Shown here one piece after another: positions 45,868 to 59,339 of a stretch of 64,000 nt of DNA. The notes beneath the pieces are model-generated. The model worked only from the letters and a program-made list of their open reading frames with translations, was not told the origin of the DNA and searched no databases. The position numbers and the translations under genes were made by a program. The DNA is from Macrostomum lignano (Eukaryota). The stretch covers positions 372,001 to 436,000 of the forward strand of contig NIVC01000606.1 in NCBI GenBank assembly GCA_002269645.1, in the 5' to 3' direction. Position 1 is the stretch's first letter; every line of letters starts with the position of its first letter.

Positions 45868-48823
45868 AAGAAATCCCTTTTTCTATGCAAATAAGATAGT
45901 CAATTGATTTTCTCATTTTCTCATGTTAAAATCTCAATCTCATGTAGGCCTAAAATCATTTTAATAACAAATTTAACATTGATGCATATAACATGGGATA
46001 GGCTCTTTAGTGAAAATAGAAACCTTCATCTTCATAGAAACCTGGATAAAATTCTTACCAATCACTTGACACTTATTTTAAGTATAATAAATATCATAAT
46101 ATTATTTGATTAGACAGGGCCTAAATGTTCTAGATTTTTGTTGGCCCTAAAATGGTAGCTGCAGATAAAAATTGGACCTTTGGACCTTGCAGATTAGGTA
46201 GGCCCTATTGCCTATTATACATATATAGATGACACTTGAGTACATTTTTATAAAAAAGCAAATATCTTTGTGTAGCCTAGATCTAAATAAAATAAAATTA
46301 ATAATCAATTAATAAATTGAAAGTATTAGTTGCACTATTGCATACCTAAAGGACTTATCAAAATGCAAAGCATATAATTTTGTAAAAAAAGCTTTTTTTA
46401 TTGCATAACATTAAATATAATGAATAAAAAGGCAGCCTTGGCTGCATAAATGTTATTCTACTTTTCAAATATTTATTCTAGCTTGAGTGGAAATGTGACA
46501 ATATTGTTGTGGTGGCCTCGAGAGTGAATGAAGACAAATAAATATGGTAGAAGCAGAATTGTAGCAGTAGCACTTGACAGTAAATTGGTTCAGCGTTATT
46601 ACTAATGTTGGCTGCAGATTTGGTTTATTGTTACATCTTGTACTTTGATTAACAATGCGCTAGTGGCTATGCAACAATAGAATAATTAGGTTAAGCAGTA
46701 AAAGTGGCGTGGATAAAACTGTGGCAGAGAAAAGGCAAATGACTAAACAAAGGCAGTCAGAGCCTACAAGCTACACAGGCTCGCAAGGGTGCAAGAGGCT
46801 AACATAGTTAAACAGACTACAGACCCCAGACAGGGTGGCGGCAGAGTTGAAGTCTAAACAGTAGGGCAGACAGGAGTGCCCAGAGTGAGAGGTGGGGCTA
46901 AAGGTGGAGTGAGAGACAAAGGGAGAAAAGGCCCCGAGTGCACGGCCAGACAGAACTGATAAAGACCGGGCTGGGGGGTGGCGCGCGAAAGAAATTAGTA
47001 TAATTAATGCGGCGTATTTCTATTGGCTGAATGGCTGACTGAGAAAAACAAGAACAGAAATTATTGATCGCGCACTGTACGCAGGGTTTACAATTGTACG
47101 CAGTTGAATAAAATTCTTAGGGCACTACTTATAGTAAACATGAGAATATAGAACTAGTAATATTTAAAGATTGGTACTGTATGTCAAAATGGCCCTTGGT
47201 GGGGCTACTGAAACTGGAAATGTCACAGGAAATACTAGAGATAGGCCCCACTCTAGGCTTAGGAATATAAGCCTAGGCTTAAAATGTAACTTCTGGCCAA
47301 CCTAGCCAATCTGGCCACTATAAATTGTGGTAGACTAGGGATAAATTACAAGTGCCCATCTAAAAGAATATAAACAGTAATAATTAGATGATGAGACATT
47401 TAGTCTAAATAAGACATTCATAATTGCTCATGCAGTTTATCTAAAATTGCTTTAATTTTTGCTTTAGGGTTTCTTTCATATGTAAGTCACATTTTTGGTC
47501 AAAAAGTAAGTTGCATAGCCAGTGTAAATCATTAAATCAAGTAATTGCGCATGTATACTTAGGAAGTTATGGCCTATATATATCCCTATGAATAAATATA
47601 AACAAAATGAATAAAAACATGTTACAGCTTTAGGCCCAAAATAAGTAGGAAAACTACAGGAAAACACATTAGCAATTTTTGCTATAATTATTTATTATCT
47701 AATATTTTTCCTCTTACAAAAAGCATAATTTAGCATATTAAAATGTTTTCTAACTAGGGTAATAAAACCATCTTGTTAAAAAGTAATAACAGTAAGAATT
47801 TTTGGAAGAAATAAAAAAACTAAATATAATTTTAATAGGTTAGGAATTGAAAAAAGATTTTTTAAACTAAAAACAATAGTTTAAGTTTTAATGGCTTTGT
47901 ATGTTATAATGACTTTTTATGCTAGAACTTTCCTTTTTTGTTTAATTTAAAGAAAATTTAAAGCCTTTCTTTTTGTATGTCATAGTTTTTTTAATAAGCC
48001 ATTTCTATGAAAAAGATGACATTTTGTTATAATCCCAATGAAAGCCAGACTATATATTTATGATGTTTTTCTCTGTAAAATGTATTTTCCTCTTTCTAGT
48101 TTGTACTTGCTTTGTATTCTATCTAATTATATTGCAAAGGTAATCATTCACAAAAAGCCTTTTTATTTGAATTTGCCTTCAACTATAGAAATTGTTTCTA
48201 CATTTCTAGCTATAGATTATATATTAGTTCTACTTAAATTTCACAATTAATAAGTCTTAAAATCCCAAAAACCTAATAATTATAAAACTACTGATACTTC
48301 AAATGAAATATGAATCACAATAAATACAATATGTAACTTATTTAAATATTATCCTGTTTAGAAAAAAAACATGGTGCTAATTTGGCAGGGTCCAAACTCA
48401 GGATGCTAGAATTAAAGTTGATTTCTCACGATATTTAGTAGGATATGAATGCCTAAAAAATTACACAAACAATTTTAAGCATAAATTGGCTATGGGAATT
48501 GGCAAGGTCTTGTCAAGAACACACAAAAATTGACTAATTAATATCAAGTAAGACACCCTTACCTCTTGCATTGTGATTAAGATAGTTTATACCCTAATGG
48601 AACCAAAATGCTTTATTCTTATAGCATCTTGTGCAGGGCAGGAAATCAATTGGCAAACTTATTTGCCAATTGATTTCTGTCTGGACAACTGCTGAAAGAG
48701 CAAGCATGGGATGCTCACTTCTGTACTTTCATTTTCACTTTTGCTCACTACACAGATATTGTTATAATTCTATTTGATAGTTACTTTTGTTCCTAATTAT
48801 TTAGCACCGTCTCTGTGAATTGC

Positions 48824-49786
48824 ATGATGCCGCTTCCGCCACCCCCGCCGCCTCCTCCGCCTCCGCCGCCGTCATCGTCTGGGCCTCCGGCCCCGCCTGC
48901 GGCAGGCAAGAAGGCCACAGGCAATCGCGGCGCCCTGCTAGGCGACATCCGTAGCGGCGCCCGGCTGCGCAAAGTGCCCGACAGCCAGAAGCGGGACAGA
49001 AGCGAGGCCCAACTGGGCGGCAGCAAGTCCGCCCCGCCACTCTGCAGCTCCAGCAACAACCGCCGAACGTCGGTCTCGTCAGCTTCTACTGACACTTCCA
49101 GCGGCGGCTCTGGTGGCTCCACAGGCGGCGCCGGCGTCGGGGTCCCCATAGGCGGCGGCAGCGTCGGTTCGCTGTTCCAGCAGGAGTTGGCCAACAAGTT
49201 TGCCAGCAGGGCCTCTAACGGCGCTCTGCCGGCGCAGAACGGCGCCAGACTGTCGTCCACCAAGCTGCCGCCCCCGCCGCCGCCGACGTCGCAACCAACG
49301 CAGGCGCAGAGACAGCAGGCGCCGATGCGTCCAGCTGACCGCGGCGCCGCGCCGCCTCCGCCGCCGCAGAGCAAGAAGCCCGCATTGAGTCCGGCTAAAT
49401 CGCAGCAGCCATCCCGACCGCCGCCACCTCCGCCGCCGCCGTCGCAGCACTCCAGCCGACGCTCAGCGCCCGAGCCGCCAGCCGTGCCCGCCCGCAGCCG
49501 CCCGGTCAGCACCGGCGGCGGATATGCGCCGCCTCCGCCCCCGACCCCTGCGTCCTCGGCGCCATCCCGGCAGCCGCCGCCTCCGCCGCCTCCGTCTCGG
49601 CCACCAACTGGTCGCTCGGTCACGGCGCCTGCGCCGCCTAAATCGCGCTCGTCCGCCCCACCTGCGCTGGCCGACTTCGAGACCCGGTTCAAGTTCAGGC
49701 CGCCCAGCTCGCTGCCGCCGCCGAAGAAGTTCACCGGTACTGAGAAGTTCAAAGCCAGCGTGCCGCTGCCCCGGCACAGTCACTGA
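48824..49786 (+). CDS. WIPF: WASP-interacting protein / verprolin-like, single coding exon
   Basis: N-terminal polyproline, WH2 motif RGALLGDIRSGARLRKV..DRS, proline-rich body, C-terminal WASP-binding-like DFETRFKFRPPSSLPPP. Confidence 0.88.
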   Translation: MMPLPPPPPPPPPPPPSSSGPPAPPAAGKKATGNRGALLGDIRSGARLRKVPDSQKRDRSEAQLGGSKSAPPLCSSSNNRRTSVSSASTDTSSGGSGGSTGGAGVGVPIGGGSVGSLFQQELANKFASRASNGALPAQNGARLSSTKLPPPPPPTSQPTQAQRQQAPMRPADRGAAPPPPPQSKKPALSPAKSQQPSRPPPPPPPPSQHSSRRSAPEPPAVPARSRPVSTGGGYAPPPPPTPASSAPSRQPPPPPPPSRPPTGRSVTAPAPPKSRSSAPPALADFETRFKFRPPSSLPPPKKFTGTEKFKASVPLPRHSH

Positions 49787-50289
49787 ATCCTCAGCTATCG
49801 TTTTTAATTCCCCGCATATTCTAGCGTCTCCCTAGTCTGTTGCTGCGCCTTCAAGCCAAAAAAGCTGGAGCGACGTCTTGGTTTTCAGCTGCAAGATTAT
49901 TTTTTGAAATGCGCTATTTTTCTACGAATAACAACTAGAACAGAAAATCCAGTCTCGCACAAGTCTCCAATATGCCGGGCAGTCTGGTCTTCCTGAGTTT
50001 TTTTAATAATCACAATATTTCTGTTTCCAAATTTGTCTGGAGCGAATTGCAAGTCTGGGACCAGGTTGAGCTGACATTTTTAACACAACCTGTGCATCTC
50101 CGTTTTGCCTGGCGGGCTATCATTTTATCGTGCAATGACGCGCTTCTGTCTTACTACCAAATCCAGCTCTGCCTTTGCTGCCGCCACTGTAAACTGGCTT
50201 CTGGTATGTCATTGCAGCTCTCTTCTCTGTCTATCTCTCTAATACCCCTCTCTCTGACTCTCCTGATGTCTCCTAGCTGACTCTGTCTC

Positions 50290-50290
50290 A

Positions 50291-50381
<91 letters not shown>

Positions 50382-50470
50382 CTCCTGATGTCTCCTAGCT
50401 GACTATCTGTCTCACTCTTCTCTTTGACTCTCTCTCTCTCTCTCTCTCTGTCTGTCTTTCTCTCTAACTC
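50290..50470. repeat. (CT)n microsatellite
   Basis: Visible. Confidence 0.95.
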
Positions 50471-51425
50471 TGTCTCCTCTTTACAGTTTTCGATATCCCA
50501 CTCTTTTTTCGCTCTTCCCACCAATGAAATCAGAAAGCCTCATATTTACACCTGTTTCATATTTAATATTCGAGTGTCTCAAAAGCGTCTCCCCAGACTC
50601 AGTCGCAGGGTCAAGGCAGCTTTCTGTTTGTTGCAGTTGATCCTCATGAGCACAGCTCAGACCATTTACTGAGGCAAATTGAATTGCGCAGATTCCATAT
50701 AAAATCATATATAAAATCAATTCGCCTATATCTATGCATTGCTCTTCTGAATAGTCAACTGCTGCATGACACAAACTCTCCCATTTACCCCGAGTGGCAC
50801 CCGCCTGCACACATTCCTGCGTCCTTCATTTCAGTTATCAGATTTATTGTCTTCAGTGACCAATTGTATAATTAGCCTGGTCTGTCATTAACACGTGTGC
50901 ATGGCAATTATTTATATATTAATTTTCTAAACCGCGTGCACACTGACCGCCAGCTTTGTTCTTTTTATATAGGATTTGGATTGCTAGCACAAATCTATAC
51001 AATGTATGTCTTTTGAGTTGTAAAAAATTGACTGAAGAGCGAATATATCTATTGCATATATTATAAAACTAACCTATATAATCGCTCATTTCTGTTGCCA
51101 ATCTAAGCTCAACTGTCTCGTTGTTTAATAAGTCTCATTAATTATTTTGATTGCTTATTAAGCAATTGAAACAAGTCAAGATGCATAGACAGGTTACAGT
51201 GTATTATCAATGTTATCAGTATTGCAATTGTTTTCAATTGAGGCTGCACTTCAGATGTACTCTACAGTGCTACATTAACCGTCTAGCCGATGCGTACAGT
51301 ATATCATGTATAGTTTATGAAATATTGCTGGATATGTCAAATTTCGAGCAGATTAGCATGAGGAGTTCGCATCAAAGCCGTGCGAAGTTGCAGTTCACCA
51401 CGAGAGTCACTCAGATGCTGGGCCG

Positions 51426-52367
51426 TCACTTGACGGGCCGGATGGCGTCCAACACGGCGCAGATGTCGCCCTCCTTGGCCAGCAGCAGCCGGGTCAGCCA
51501 GCCTCCGTCATCGCTGAAGCCCATGGCCTGCATGTGCTCCAGCGCTCGAGCCACTCGCGGGTCCGGCGTCTCCCCGCTGTTGTCATGGCAACCGGCGGCA
51601 ACGGCCGCGGCCTCCTCCGGCCGCTCGTCAGTCGCCATCGCCTCGGCGGAGGTGGCGGCGGGCGGAGGCGGAGCGGCCTGCTGGGAGGTGGCAGCGGTGG
51701 CGGCTCCTTCAAAGGCGGCGGACGGAGGCGGCGGTGGCGGAGCGGCCTGCTGGGAGGTGGCAGCGGTGTCGGCTCCTTCGAAGTCCGCGGCGGCGGCTCC
51801 TTCGAAGTCGGCGGCGGCGGCTGCAGCGGCCTCGGCAGCCTTGGCGAAGAAGTCGCGGAACCGCGGGCCGCCCCATCGTCCCCGGCCGCAGGGACCGCGG
51901 CGGAAGCAGCGAGCTGCCGGGAGGTCGTCAGGCCGCCTGATGAGGAGCATGGGATGCTGGCTGTGGCTGCCGCCTGTCATGCAGGCCGAGCAGAGGTCAA
52001 AGTCGGGGCACAGGAGGCACTTGAACCGCTGGCCCGTCACGCCGGACTCGCAGCCATCGCACACGACGCCCTCGTGGACGACCGTCGGGTCGCCGACGCT
52101 GACGAAGACTTTGACAGCGTCGCCGGAGCCGCCGTCCCGTCTGGCGGCGAGGCTGCGGATGGCCTCCTGCAGCTCGGCATTGGTTGTCATGGTGACCCTG
52201 TCACCCTCCTCATCCTGCCAGCGGAGCCGCAGCTGCTGCGTTGGCGCGATGGAGAAGACGGCCTGCAGCTGCTCCACCAGGCTGGCGTAGGTGGCTTGGC
52301 CCGCAAGGCTGAGGCGCCGGATCTCGTTGCCATAGTAACACTTAAATGGTACGACCGATGAGGCCAT
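51426..52367 (-). CDS. SQSTM1: p62/sequestosome-1 (PB1-ZZ-UBA), intronless CDS
   Basis: PB1 (FKCYYGNEIRR..WQDEEGDRVTM), ZZ finger (HEGVVCDGC..RFKCLLCPDFDLCSAC..H..H), UBA (DPRVARALEHMQAMGFSDDGGWLTRLL..GDICAVLD). Confidence 0.95.
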   Translation of the reverse strand: MASSVVPFKCYYGNEIRRLSLAGQATYASLVEQLQAVFSIAPTQQLRLRWQDEEGDRVTMTTNAELQEAIRSLAARRDGGSGDAVKVFVSVGDPTVVHEGVVCDGCESGVTGQRFKCLLCPDFDLCSACMTGGSHSQHPMLLIRRPDDLPAARCFRRGPCGRGRWGGPRFRDFFAKAAEAAAAAAADFEGAAAADFEGADTAATSQQAAPPPPPPSAAFEGAATAATSQQAAPPPPAATSAEAMATDERPEEAAAVAAGCHDNSGETPDPRVARALEHMQAMGFSDDGGWLTRLLLAKEGDICAVLDAIRPVK

Positions 52368-52555
52368 GTTGCAGCTGATTAGCTTGTCTGGTTTGAAGCT
52401 GGGGACTCTTGGATGCCTTCTCAAAGTCTCAGCTGAGGCTGAAGTGAGCTGACTTGTCTGCGGCTTTTGCTGCGGCTTTTTATGCTGCTGGCCGGGCCGC
52501 CACGATTTCGCTGCGCATCGGCTACGAATTGCAGCGTCGGCGCTACGTTTTGCCC

Positions 52556-52578
52556 GGGCTTTCCTATTGGGGATTCCC
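52556..52578 (-). promoter_or_regulatory. Candidate composite kappaB/CCAAT element upstream of p62
   Basis: On the p62 strand GGGAATCCCC-AATA-GGAAAGCCC, about 190-210 bp above the ATG; motif match only. Confidence 0.3.
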
Positions 52579-52959
52579 TGATGCTATTTTTAGACATTGC
52601 GTGCGGCCTGGGTATAGGGAGACGGAAACGTAGTGTGGACGTATTGTTCTGAAGTGTACAGCTTTTAAGGGACTGTTAATTGTAGTTTTTTCGAGTTCTG
52701 TTATTGACATCTCATACGTTGTTTCGACGTATTCTTACTGTCAGTTTTACCCGGCCTTTGTTACTTCTTAGTGAGAAAGAAAGAACAGAGTTAGAGTATC
52801 TACATCTTTGGCAATATGAGTATATGTATTATTTATTTGTATTATTGAAACGGTGTAATTTTTCAGGCGTTAATTGCTCTATTTAGTCTATAATTAGGAA
52901 GCAATTGATTTTCCTAATGAGCTTAAATCTCTTACGAGCTATAGACAAAATTGTCTCTC

Positions 52960-52967
52960 TGCCTGCA

Positions 52968-53006
<39 letters not shown>

Positions 53007-53105
53007 GTGTCTGTCTGTCTGCCTGTCTGTCTGCCTGTCTGTCTGCCTGTCTGTCTGCCTGTCTCTCTGCCTGTCTCTGCCTGTCTGTCTGTCTGTCTGT
53101 CTGCC

Positions 53106-53137
<32 letters not shown>
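52960..53137. repeat. (TCTG)n microsatellite
   Basis: Visible. Confidence 0.95.
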
Positions 53138-55219
<2,082 letters not shown>

Positions 55220-55767
55220 CTGAAGTGAGTAGCGTAGTAAGGAAATTGTATAGTTATTTATATGTCAGTATGAGATGTACAGGTGCAGTAAGATGGTTTA
55301 GTATAAATAAGCGAATGTAAATTGGGGCTACACGCAATCTGTGAAATCGTACTTGTAAAGTGCACGATGTACTTACTTTTCGGAATGAATTTCTTCCTTC
55401 CTGGCAGGTATTTACTAGTAAAGCCTTTCTTAAGTCCTATTACGACTGGAAAAAGTTGTTTTACAATTTCATTTCTTTTTTTCAAAGAATTGTTGTTAAT
55501 CGTCATCCAACGGTGTAGAATTTTATAGCTGTTCCAGTGTTCCACGCTTTTTCACGCGGTCCCGATAAGATAAAGCCCGAACATTAGGGTATGTACGCCA
55601 CGCACAAAACCTTGAATCAGTTTTACTGCACTCTCGACCAATTGCCCACATTATATTATATTGTGCACTATCAGCGGTGCTCTAGATTCTGTGTAAGCTC
55701 AAGTATGGCACAGTCTAAGACAAAGGCAAAAATGAAAACAGAGTTGAGGCATTCCAAGTCGCAAATC

Positions 55768-56158
55768 CTGGTCTCTTTGGACCATAGACAGAAGCGTGTC
55801 TTTCTATATTGCGTCGGTCCTGGTCTCTTTGGACCATAGACAGAAGCTTATCTTTCTATCTTGTGTCGGTCCTGGTCTCTTTGGACCATAGACAGAAGCT
55901 TATCTTTCTATCTTGTGTCGGTCCTGGTCTCTTTGGACCATAGACAGAAGCTTATCTTTCTATCTTGTGTCGGTCCTGGTCTCTTTGGACCATAGACAAG
56001 CTTATCTTTCTATCTTGTGTCGGTCCTGGTCTCTTTGGACCATAGACAGAAGCTTATCTTTCTATCTTGTGTCGGTCCTGGTCTCTTTGGACCATAGACA
56101 GAAGCTTATCTTTCTATCTTGTGTCGGTCCTGGTCTCTTTGGACCATAGACAGAAGCG
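55768..56158. repeat. 52-bp tandem repeat (~7 copies)
   Basis: gtcggtcc at 55813 and 55865, etc. Confidence 0.93.
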
Positions 56159-56580
56159 TAAATATGCGGATCTTACCATAGACAAATTCATAGCTTTGGC
56201 TATAGCTTTATTCAGAAGCCCTGCTGATGCCTGTGTATTTACTCGTACACACAGTGGACTTTAGATAGACTAGATACTTCAGTATATTAGCACTTGGATT
56301 ATTAACCTTGTGCATGTAGATCTCCACTACATTAGCCTTACGAGTACGTACCGATCATTATCGACCTCAAGGGTCTTATAGATCTTAGGCCGCTATACGA
56401 CCTTTTGAGGTCAAACCTTCGTCAACTGCAAGAAATCAGACTACACGACACTGCGGGGCCAAATCACTGGGCTTTTAAGAACTCCGCATCTCCCAAGGCC
56501 CAACTTCAACGACAATAACCTGTGTCCTCAACAAAAGTTAACGAACATAGCTGACTCCATGGCGACTAAAACACCCGCAG

Positions 56581-57163
56581 GACAGACGCGCAGACCTTGT
56601 TCGGCACCCTTGGCGATAACGCGTTTCGTAGTAAGAAACGGCAGCTGTTTGAACAGCTGGCGCCGGGCAGCAATCCGTACGCCGAGTCGGGATTCCGGGT
56701 GAGCAAGCTGATCGAGCTATACATGTAGCTCGTATTATAGTTAGCAGAAAGAAGAGCCAGTATCAGGCGCAGATAAGTGCAGCAACAGCAGTACATGTAG
56801 TTTGCGCTGAACTGTCTATGGGAACATTTGTCTAGGATTTTTGGTTATTTAAGCTGTACAGTGCTGCACATACATGCTGTTTATACAAGTATACGCGCAT
56901 TACCGTTTATAGTATAACTGTGAAGCTGAAACTGATTATTGCATTGAGTTTGTTTGCTTCTTGCCGGCGGTCAGCAAGCAGACGCTTACTTGTTTGCACT
57001 TCTCGTACTATGTAGAAAGAAATCCCCTAACTGATGCATTTTGCAGAACGCCAAGCCGCAGTACCAATCGAGCTACATCGTGCACCCCGAGTGGGTCTCC
57101 GAGCAGACGGCAGCGGTCAGGCAACGCCAGCAGACGACCAGTTCTCAAACCGCTAAGCAGTGA
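56581..57163 (+). CDS. Last two exons (56581-56698, 57047-57163) of a small unidentified spliced gene; upstream exon possibly from ATG 55705
   Basis: CGCAG|G..TTCCGG|GTGAGC, branch CCCTAAC, TTTGCAG|AAC; reads DAQTLFGTLGDNAFRSKKRQLFEQLAPGSNPYAESGFR/NAKPQYQSSYIVHPEWVSEQ..*. Confidence 0.45.
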
Positions 57164-59339
57164 ATTGGAAACTGAACTATATTTTAAACCCAGCGGCTTT
57201 ACTGAATTTGTTGAATTTTAACATACACTGTAACTGTTCAATAACAGCGGTATGTATCCTCGGATTGTTCAAGGCTTAACAGTTCGCTTATGTACGTAAC
57301 GATGAGGAAGGACGGTTACGGTCACCCAATGACCCTACTGCGACACTGTACATGTAGTAAGAAGACTTAACATTTCGAAATTACACGGCAATGTATTAGA
57401 AGGCTTAAACTCGCTGAGATGCATTTTTTCCAGATTTGGATTTTCCTGTATTGAAAACTGACAATAGGAGCTGTTAGTTATTTTTTGAACAAATAATTTC
57501 TTGACAGATAGGACGAACTGTATGAACTGTCAACTGTTTGAATGTTACTTGTCTCGTCTCCCATGCAGTCTTTAATATTTCCAAACCGGATTCGACAACC
57601 TCGTGATCAAACGTTGCTTCAGTCTGGAGGCTGAAGACACCAAGCATGAGGTCATCTTTGCGCATCGCAACTTTGGCTACACAGCAGACCTGACCTGTTG
57701 TCAGCGCTTCGGGCCGAAGCAGCGTTTGAAGCAGCTACCAAAGTTGCTTAAATTGTCGAAGTGACCAAGCCTGAAGCCCAATAACAGCTACAGGTAATTA
57801 ACAAAGGCCTCCACAGGAGCAAGACAAATTTTGCGAACGGAAATCGGACCGCCCTAGATAATTGGAGAAGTTAGATTCCCCGCTTGCGACACCGTTGTTG
57901 CTGGAATTAATCATTGATTCTGAAGCCTCCGAGGGAAGACTAGCCGAGGTGGCTGAAGACGACTGAAGGGAGCTCTACCGTACCTGCGGCTGCTGCTCGC
58001 CCCGTAATTCTCGCAGTTGCTAAATTCGCCCAGAGTGAGGATTCCGTCATCGGCACCGGCACGGTTTCTATGGCCACCTGGCCGGAGATGAAGTCGACGA
58101 GACGTATTCTGGCGGGCCCGCCGACAGAGGTGTCAGTCTGACAGACAGCGGAGCCGCTCGGCTAACAAGATATCACAGACGCAGAGATCGAATGGAAGAT
58201 TTGGTGAAAAGCAATCCGGAATTCGAATGCAACGCAGAGCGAGTCAGATGGATCGAGGCTTTGCGCTCGATCACGGTGTACACCGGCTACTTCTTGGAGC
58301 TCAACGAGTGCCATCGGGCTGACATTTTCGCCCCCAGCTACTGCAAATAACTGCGACAGCGCTGGAGTGCCGTGTCGGCCGAGAATGGCGCCGACGACAG
58401 AAGCATGGTAGACCTGTTCCGGACACAGATTGCGGACACCATCAAGTCAAGAGCGTCATCAGCGTAACGCTGAGCGCGCTGCAACCGCCGATATGATCCA
58501 GCTGGACCATCGCTATGATCGGACAAGAGTTCGCTGACTGAGCCGAGGTGCGGTTGGAAAGAGGGCCACCAAAGCGGAGCACAAAGCCATCTGATCGGCT
58601 TGGCTGCAGGCTACCGAGTCTACAAGCAGCGGCTCGGAAGGGGAATCGAACCTTGGACGCATTTGACCAACCTGAGTGTGTATTTTGCCTTCAACCAATT
58701 CAAATCTTCTGCAACTGCAAGAAAACTGCAACTGCCGTTCAAACCTGTAACCATTTCACCATTTTAAAGAGGAATTCAGATCTTGTTGTACTATCTATTT
58801 ACTATTTTTACTATCTATTTGTACCAGAGTAAATTAAAGTGCAACATAAGGTATATATAAGGTTAAAAAGCAACTAAAATGCAAGTGTTGCACATCTCCA
58901 CATGCATGTATGTATAGACATTTATTTTGTTTAAGAATACGATTTTAAATGAAAAAATGTACACTTGATTAAATATTTAACAGATTAGATGCCTTTAATT
59001 ACGTAAAACTGTATGAAATTGCATTACAAACCGTAAATGCTTGAAATTACAAATTAAACTCGTAACGCAAGAATCAATATTTAAAACGGTGTGATTGAAA
59101 ATGCAAATAATTAAAGGCGTGTTTTGCTTTAACAGAATACAGACATGCATAACACTTATATTGAAGTTACTGAGACAATAAAAATTTAAGTGACCGTAAA
59201 GAGGACGTTAGAAGAGAGATGTGCTGCATTTAAGCATGCAAAATAACTAATTGCATACATAATATTACATGCATCATAGATCCCAGTCTGAAGATCTGGG
59301 AGGATTACCCAGCTAATGGGACAGAGGATTTGGGAGACT

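Noticed and set aside
51151-52290. 379-aa + strand ORF; similarly 48793-49752 (-), 40040-40813 (-) and 10710-11207 (+)
   Set aside because: Antisense shadows of p62, WIP, LDB and MADD exons caused by GC-rich codon usage
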